NCBI RefSeq assembly: GCF_032444005.1
Contig: NC_091283.1
Span: 715,108,001 to 715,172,000 of the forward strand
Origin: Ranitomeya imitator
Taxonomy: Eukaryota
Direction of reading: 5' to 3'
Length of the DNA: 64,000 nucleotides
A program made the translations under genes and the position numbers. The notes below the pieces were generated by a model. That model worked only from the letters and a program-made list of their open reading frames with translations, had not been told where the DNA came from and made no database searches. How positions within the stretch are numbered: the first letter of the stretch is position 1; every line of letters begins with the position of its first letter. Positions 58,560 through 64,000 of the stretch are shown here, piece by piece.

Positions 58560-61500
58560 AGAGCAAAAGACCATGCCGAGAACAAGCTGATGGTACTGGA
58601 ACCCGGATGGCTAGCCGAAGGTACAACAAGAGCCAATGGAACAACCGAGGACCAGCTTACGTTACTGGAACCTGGTTACTAAGCAGGAGGTACCCGTGCA
58701 AGAAAGCAGAACCAAGGACCACCTGACGTTGGTGGAACTTGGATACCCAGAAGGAGGCACCTAAGCCAAAGGCTCTGCCCGGTACCAGCTGACGGTGCTG
58801 GAACCAGGATGGGGAGCAGAAGGCAGAAGAGCAAAAGACACTGCCGAGAACCAGCTGATGGTACTGGAACCCGGATGGCTACCTGAAGGTAGAAGAGCCA
58901 ATGGCACGACCAAGGACCAGCTGACGGTACTGGAACTCGGTTACTAAGCAGGAGGTACCCGTGCCTGAAAGCACTACCAAGGACCACCTGACGTTGGTGG
59001 AACTCGGATACCCAGAAGGAGGCACCTAAGCCAAAGGCTCTGCCCGGAACCAGCTGACGGTGCTGGAACCAGGATGGGGAGCAGAAGGCAGAAGAGCAAA
59101 AGACACTGCCGAGAACCAGCTGACGGTATTGGAACCCGGATGGCTACCCAAAGGTAGAAGAGCCAATGGCATGACCGAGGACCAGCTGACGGTACTGGAA
59201 CCCGGTTACTAAGCAGGAGGTACCGTGCCTGAAAGCACTACCAAGGACCACCTGACGTTGGTGGAACTCGAATACCCAGAAGGAGGCACCTAAGCCAAAG
59301 GCTCTGCCCAGAACCAGCTGACGGTGCTGGAACCAGGGGGACCTAGTCAAGATTGTCTTCCCAAGAACCACCTAACGGTGCTGAAACTCAGATAGGCAGC
59401 AGAAGGTCCACAGGAAAAGAAACAATAGCTAGGCCGTGAGCCAGCCGCAGTTATCGAAAAACCACAGTCCTACAAGGGGAGCTTGTCCTATTGGCACTAC
59501 AGAACCAGCCTTGATTGCCACTTCCTGTAGCCCACATAGGAAGCACCTAAACTGCAGGCACCATGGAGTCGGCTAACCCGACCGCAACACGACAGGACAA
59601 CGTTTTGGAGTCTAAGTGACCTTGACACTTCCCGGAAACAGCAGGTGTGCTGGAACCAGGCTGGGCAGGAGGGAGTATCCGTGCCAATGACACAGCCAAG
59701 AACCAGCTGACGGTACTGGAACCCGGATGCATTGCCCAAGGTGCAAGAGCCAATGGCACGACCGATGACCAGCTGACGGTACTGGAACTTGATTACTAAG
59801 CAGGAGGTACCGTGCCTGAAAGCACCATCAAGGACCACCTGACGTTGGTGGAACTCGGATACCCAGAAGGAGGCACCTAGGCCAAAGGCTCTGCTCAGAA
59901 CCAGCTGACGGTGCTGGAAGTAGGGGGAACTAGTCAAGATTGTCTTCCCTAGAACCAGCTAACGGTGCTGGAACTCAGATAGGCAGCAGAAGGTCCACAG
60001 GAAAAGAAACAATAGCTAGGCCGTGAGCCAGCCGCAGTTACGAAAAACCACAGTCCTACAGGGGGAGCTTGTCCTATTGGCACTACAGAACCAGCCTTGA
60101 TTGCCACTTCCCGCAGCCCACATAGGAAGCACCTAAACTGCTGGCGCCATGGAGTCGGTTAACCCGACTGCAACACGACAGGGCAACATTTTGGAGTCTA
60201 AGTGACCTTGACACTACCCGGAAACAGCAGGCGTGCTGGAACCAGACTGGGCAGGAGGGAGTACCCGTGCCAAAGACACTTCTGAGCAGCAACTGGCAGT
60301 GTTGGAGCCCAGGGTCATAGCTAGAAACTGACTGTAATAATTGCCGCACACACAGCTGGGGATCAGCTGACGTTACTGAACCCCAATAACAGAGGAGCAG
60401 CTGATAACTGTGCAGACAGCATTTCCAAGCACGAACTGGCGGTGTAAGTGCCCAAGGACAGCAGGAGGAGCAGAGTGTAGGCCGAAGCCTGCATTGGAGG
60501 CAGTTTAATATCTGATGTTGTGCCAGCATGTTGGTTGCATGACACATTGCTGCACACACAGCTGGGGATCAGCTAACGTTACTGAACCTCAATAACACGG
60601 CAGCAAGTGTTGACTGTGCAGACAGCACTTCCGAGCATGAACTGGTGGAGTAAGTGCCCAGGGTCAGCATGAGGAGCAGAGTGTATGCCGAAGCCTGCAC
60701 TGGAGGCAGTTTAATATCTGATGCTGTGCCAGCGTGGCGGTCGCATGGCACATTGCCGCACACACAGCTGGGAATCAGCTGACGTTACTGAACCCCAATA
60801 ACAGAGGAGCAGCTGTTAACTGTGCAGACAGCACTTTCGAGCACGAACTGGCGGTGTAAGTGCCCAGGGACAGCAGGAGGAACAGAGTGTAGGCCGAAAC
60901 CTGCACTGGAGTCAGTTTAATATCTGATGTTGTGCCAGCGTGGTGGTTGCATGACACATTGCCGCACACACAGCTGGGGATCAGCTGATGTTACTGAACC
61001 CCAATAACACGGCAGCAAGTGTTGACTGTGCAGACAGCACTTCCGAGCATGAACTGGTGGAGTAAGTGCCCAGGGTCAGCATGAGGAGCAGAGTATAGGC
61101 CATTGCTGGATACACAGCAGGGGAACAGCTGGCAGTACTAAACCCCACTGACACATGAGCGAGTGTTTTTCTCTGTGCAGCCAGCACTTCTGGGCACCAA
61201 CTGGCGGTATTGGAGCCCGGGGAATCATGGAGGAGTAGAATGGAGGCAGGTTAATGTCTGTTGTTGTGCCAGCGTGGCTGTCGCTGGACACATTGCCAGA
61301 TACACAGCAGGGGAACAGCTGGCATTACTGAACCCCACTGACACATGAGCGAGTGCTTTTTTCTGTGCAGCAAGCACTTCCAGGCACCAACTGGTGGTAT
61401 TGGAGCCCGGGGAATCATGGAGGAGCAGAATGGAGGCAGGTTAATGTCTGTTGTTGTGCCAGCGTGGCGGTCGCTGGACACATTGCCGGATACACAGCAG

Positions 61501-61790
61501 GGGAACAGCTGGCGTTACTGAACCCCACTGACACATGAGCGAGTGTTTTTCTCTGTGCAGCCAGCACTTCCGGGCACCAACTGCCGGTATTGGAGCCCGG
61601 GGAATCATGGAGGCGCAGAATGGAGGCAGGTCAATGTCTGTTGTTGTGCCAGCGTGGCGGTCGCTGGACACATTGCCGGATACACAGCAGGGAAGCAGCT
61701 GGCATTACTGAACCCCAATAACACTGGGTCAGGTGTTGACTGTGCGGCCGGCACTTCTAAGCAGCACCTGGCAGTGTTGGATGCCAGGGA
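58560..61790. repeat. Layered tandem array: monomer of about 65 bp in higher-order units of about 265, 206 and 190 bp, plus a 587-bp duplication
   Basis: The core CCAGCTGACGGT(A/G)CTGGAACC recurs about every 65-67 bp in 58581-59330. CACAGCTGGGGATCAG recurs every 206 bp (about 60558, 60764, 60970) and CAGCAGGGGAACAGCTGG every 190 bp. Confidence 0.88.
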
Positions 61791-61855
61791 TTAAAGTTCA
61801 GGTGGTAAAAACATGAACACAACAGGAGACCTGGATCCTGTTGCCAACCAAGTAT

Positions 61856-64000
61856 TTAATCTGGTGGAGGAGTGGCAAATTCCTGCGAGATCCAGGCCTT
61901 GTTCATTTTCAGAAAAGTAAGCCGGTCGACGTTATCGGAGGATAGTCGCATGCGACGGTCTGTTAGTACACCACCTGCGGCACTATAGACACGTTCCAAT
62001 AATACACTAGCAGCAGGGCAAGCCAGCACCTCCAATGCATACTGGCTTAGCTCTGGCCATGTATCCAGCTTAGAGACCCAAAACTTGAAGGGGGAAGAGC
62101 CGTCTGGGAGTACGCTGAGAGGGCAAGACATGTAGTCTGTCACCATCTGATGGAAACGTGACCTCCTACTGAGTGCACCCGTCTGTGATTGTGTAGACAT
62201 TTGTGGCGGGCACACAAAACTTTGCCACTGTTGGGCCAGACTGGTCTTGCCTTGGGCTGAGGCAATGCTTCTGCTCCCTGTTTGTGCAGAGCTTCCTCCA
62301 CTGCCTCGATGCACTGAGCTGCTTTGTAAAGCAGTAGCAGCACTTCTCTCGATTGGACTGGTGAAGATGATGGACTGCACCAGTTTGTCTTGGTACTCCC
62401 GCAGTTTACGCTCCTGCTGCAACGGTGTTATGAAGGTTTGTAAGCGGTAGCGCGGATCTAGGAGGGTGTACACTCAATAATCAGCCGTGGTAAGAATGTG
62501 GGCGATGCGGCGGTCGTTTCTCAGGCACTGCAGCATGAAATCAACCATGTGCTGCAGACTGCCAACTGGCCAAGAAACGCTGTCACCCCAGCCTCGCTCT
62601 ACATACTGACTACTGGAGATTTGTGTAACTCCCTCCTCTGGACTGATCTCTTCCTCCTCCATTGACTCCTCCTCATCCTCCTCACAAAGTGTCTCCTGCC
62701 AAGGCTTTGTGTGGAGCCACGTGGCGCAGACTGTCCAGAAGCAGATGGCATTTCTACCTCCTCATCCTCCACCTCTTCCACCTCATCCCTTAGCGCTTGC
62801 AGTGTTCTTTCAAGCAGGCAGATAAGGGGTACAGTCATGCTGACTAGTGCATCATCTGCACCCGCCATCCGCGTGGAATCATCGAAGGCACGCAACACCT
62901 GGCAGACGTCCTTCATAGTGGCCCACTCAGTGGTTGTGAAGTCTGAACGGTGCGCACTGCGACTTCTTTGCGCCTGATGCAGCTGGTACCCAATTACTGC
63001 TGGCTGCTGCTCACACAACCGCTCCAACATATGTAACGTTGAAATCCACTTGGTGGGTAGGTCACATATGATGCGATGTTCCGGAAGGCGGAATCGGAGC
63101 TGCAGAGTTGCTATGCACGATCTTGCCATGCTGGAACGCCGCAAGTGAGCACACTCTAGGCGGACATTGTGCAGCAGTGCATCAAGATCTGGATAGTCCA
63201 TCAAAAAACTCTGAACGACCAAGTTGAGCACATGTGCCAGACATGGGATGTGAGTGAGATTGCCTAGGCCCAGAGCTGCCACCAGATTTCGGCCATTGTC
63301 ACACACTACCATGCCTGGCTGGAGATTCGCTGGAACAAACCACACGTCGCTCTCCTGCTTGATGGCATTCCAGAGCTCCTGCGCTGTGTGGCTTCGATTC
63401 CCCAAAGAAATTAATTTCAATACGGCCTGTTGACGTTTGGCCACGGCTGTGTTCATATCGGTCAGATCAGGTAAGCATTCACGGGTCCATGTGGAGGTGG
63501 ATCGTGACGGCTCCTGCAGCGATGATTCTGAGGAACTGGAGTATGAGGAGGAGTCAATGTGCACAGACTGGATTCCTGCAATCTTTGGAGTTGGCAGAAC
63601 ACATAGAGCGCCACTCTCACGATCTGTACTCGGCTCCACAACATTAACCCAATGGGCAGTGAGGGAAAGGTGTCGTCCCTGTCCATGGTGACTGGTCCAC
63701 GCATCAATGGTGAGGTGGACCTTGCTACTGACGGTGTTTAGTAGCGCATGTTTAATGATTCCCTCCACATGCTTTTGCAGGGCAGGGATGGCTTGCCTGC
63801 TGAAATAAAAGCGGCTAGGCACATTGTATTGTGGGACTGCCAATGCCATCAAGTTACGGAAGCTGTCAGTCTCCACCAGCCTGAATGACAGCATTTCAAG
63901 GGACAGTAGTTTTGCAATGCCAGCATTCAGAGCCTGTGCTCGTGGGTGGTTTGCCGAGAATGGCCGCCTTTTCTCCTATGCCTGTGCTACCGATGGCTGT
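61856..64000 (-). pseudogene. hAT (Ac/ZBED-like) transposase, disrupted
   Basis: VHLTIDAWTS, VVCDNGRNL, CLAHVLNL, and the C-terminal dimerization domain WPELSQYALEVLACPAASVLLERVYSAAG. In-frame stops at 63976-63978 and 62474-62476, and a frameshift at about 62700. Confidence 0.9.

Larger units (their letters stand above)
57633..64000 (-). mobile_element. Large hAT transposon, autonomous-type but decayed, extending beyond the window
   Basis: Terminus TAGTGTTGAGCGATAC at 57633, a long tandem array, and transposase on the - strand from 61856 to the window end. Confidence 0.9.

Noticed and set aside
58560-59920. CRISPR-like look: conserved core of about 20 bp with variable spacers of about 45 bp
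   Set aside because: The spacers recur every fourth unit, there are no cas genes, and the context is a eukaryotic transposon. This is a higher-order tandem repeat.
49493-64000. Next CDHR1 exon (expected to begin DGGG), and the upstream exons in 1-9519
   Set aside because: I found no matching reading frame with splice sites by eye. They are probably outside the window, although a diverged short exon could have been missed.

Overview
Eukaryotic (vertebrate) genomic DNA, most likely a repeat-rich frog genome; the species guess is inference from the repeat families only. The one host gene I can support is CDHR1 (photoreceptor cadherin / protocadherin-21) on the + strand. Five coding exons (9520-9665, 9809-9859, 29196-29285, 34999-35085, 49376-49492) have GT-AG boundaries and splice in frame. 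I did not find the first exons or any later exon in the window. The rest is mostly intronic transposable elements: Tc1/mariner (one with an intact 340-aa DD34E ORF), CR1 and L1 LINEs, a V-SINE, a young Tf1/sushi-type Gypsy provirus with a self-priming signature, solo LTRs, a decayed hAT transposase element with a layered tandem array, and many hAT, PIF/Harbinger, Kolobok/T2 and piggyBac-like non-autonomous elements. One stretch is a five-tier nested insertion with target-site duplications (TSDs) still readable. There are two N gaps. The most unusual signal is that MITEs from several superfamilies share one architecture: a GC-rich core with housekeeping-promoter motifs (CRE, NF-Y, NRF1, YY1) bounded by outward-facing near-perfect U1 snRNA sites (GGTRAGTAT). 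All coordinates and counts were done by eye, and family assignments rest on termini, TSDs and protein motifs, not database searches.
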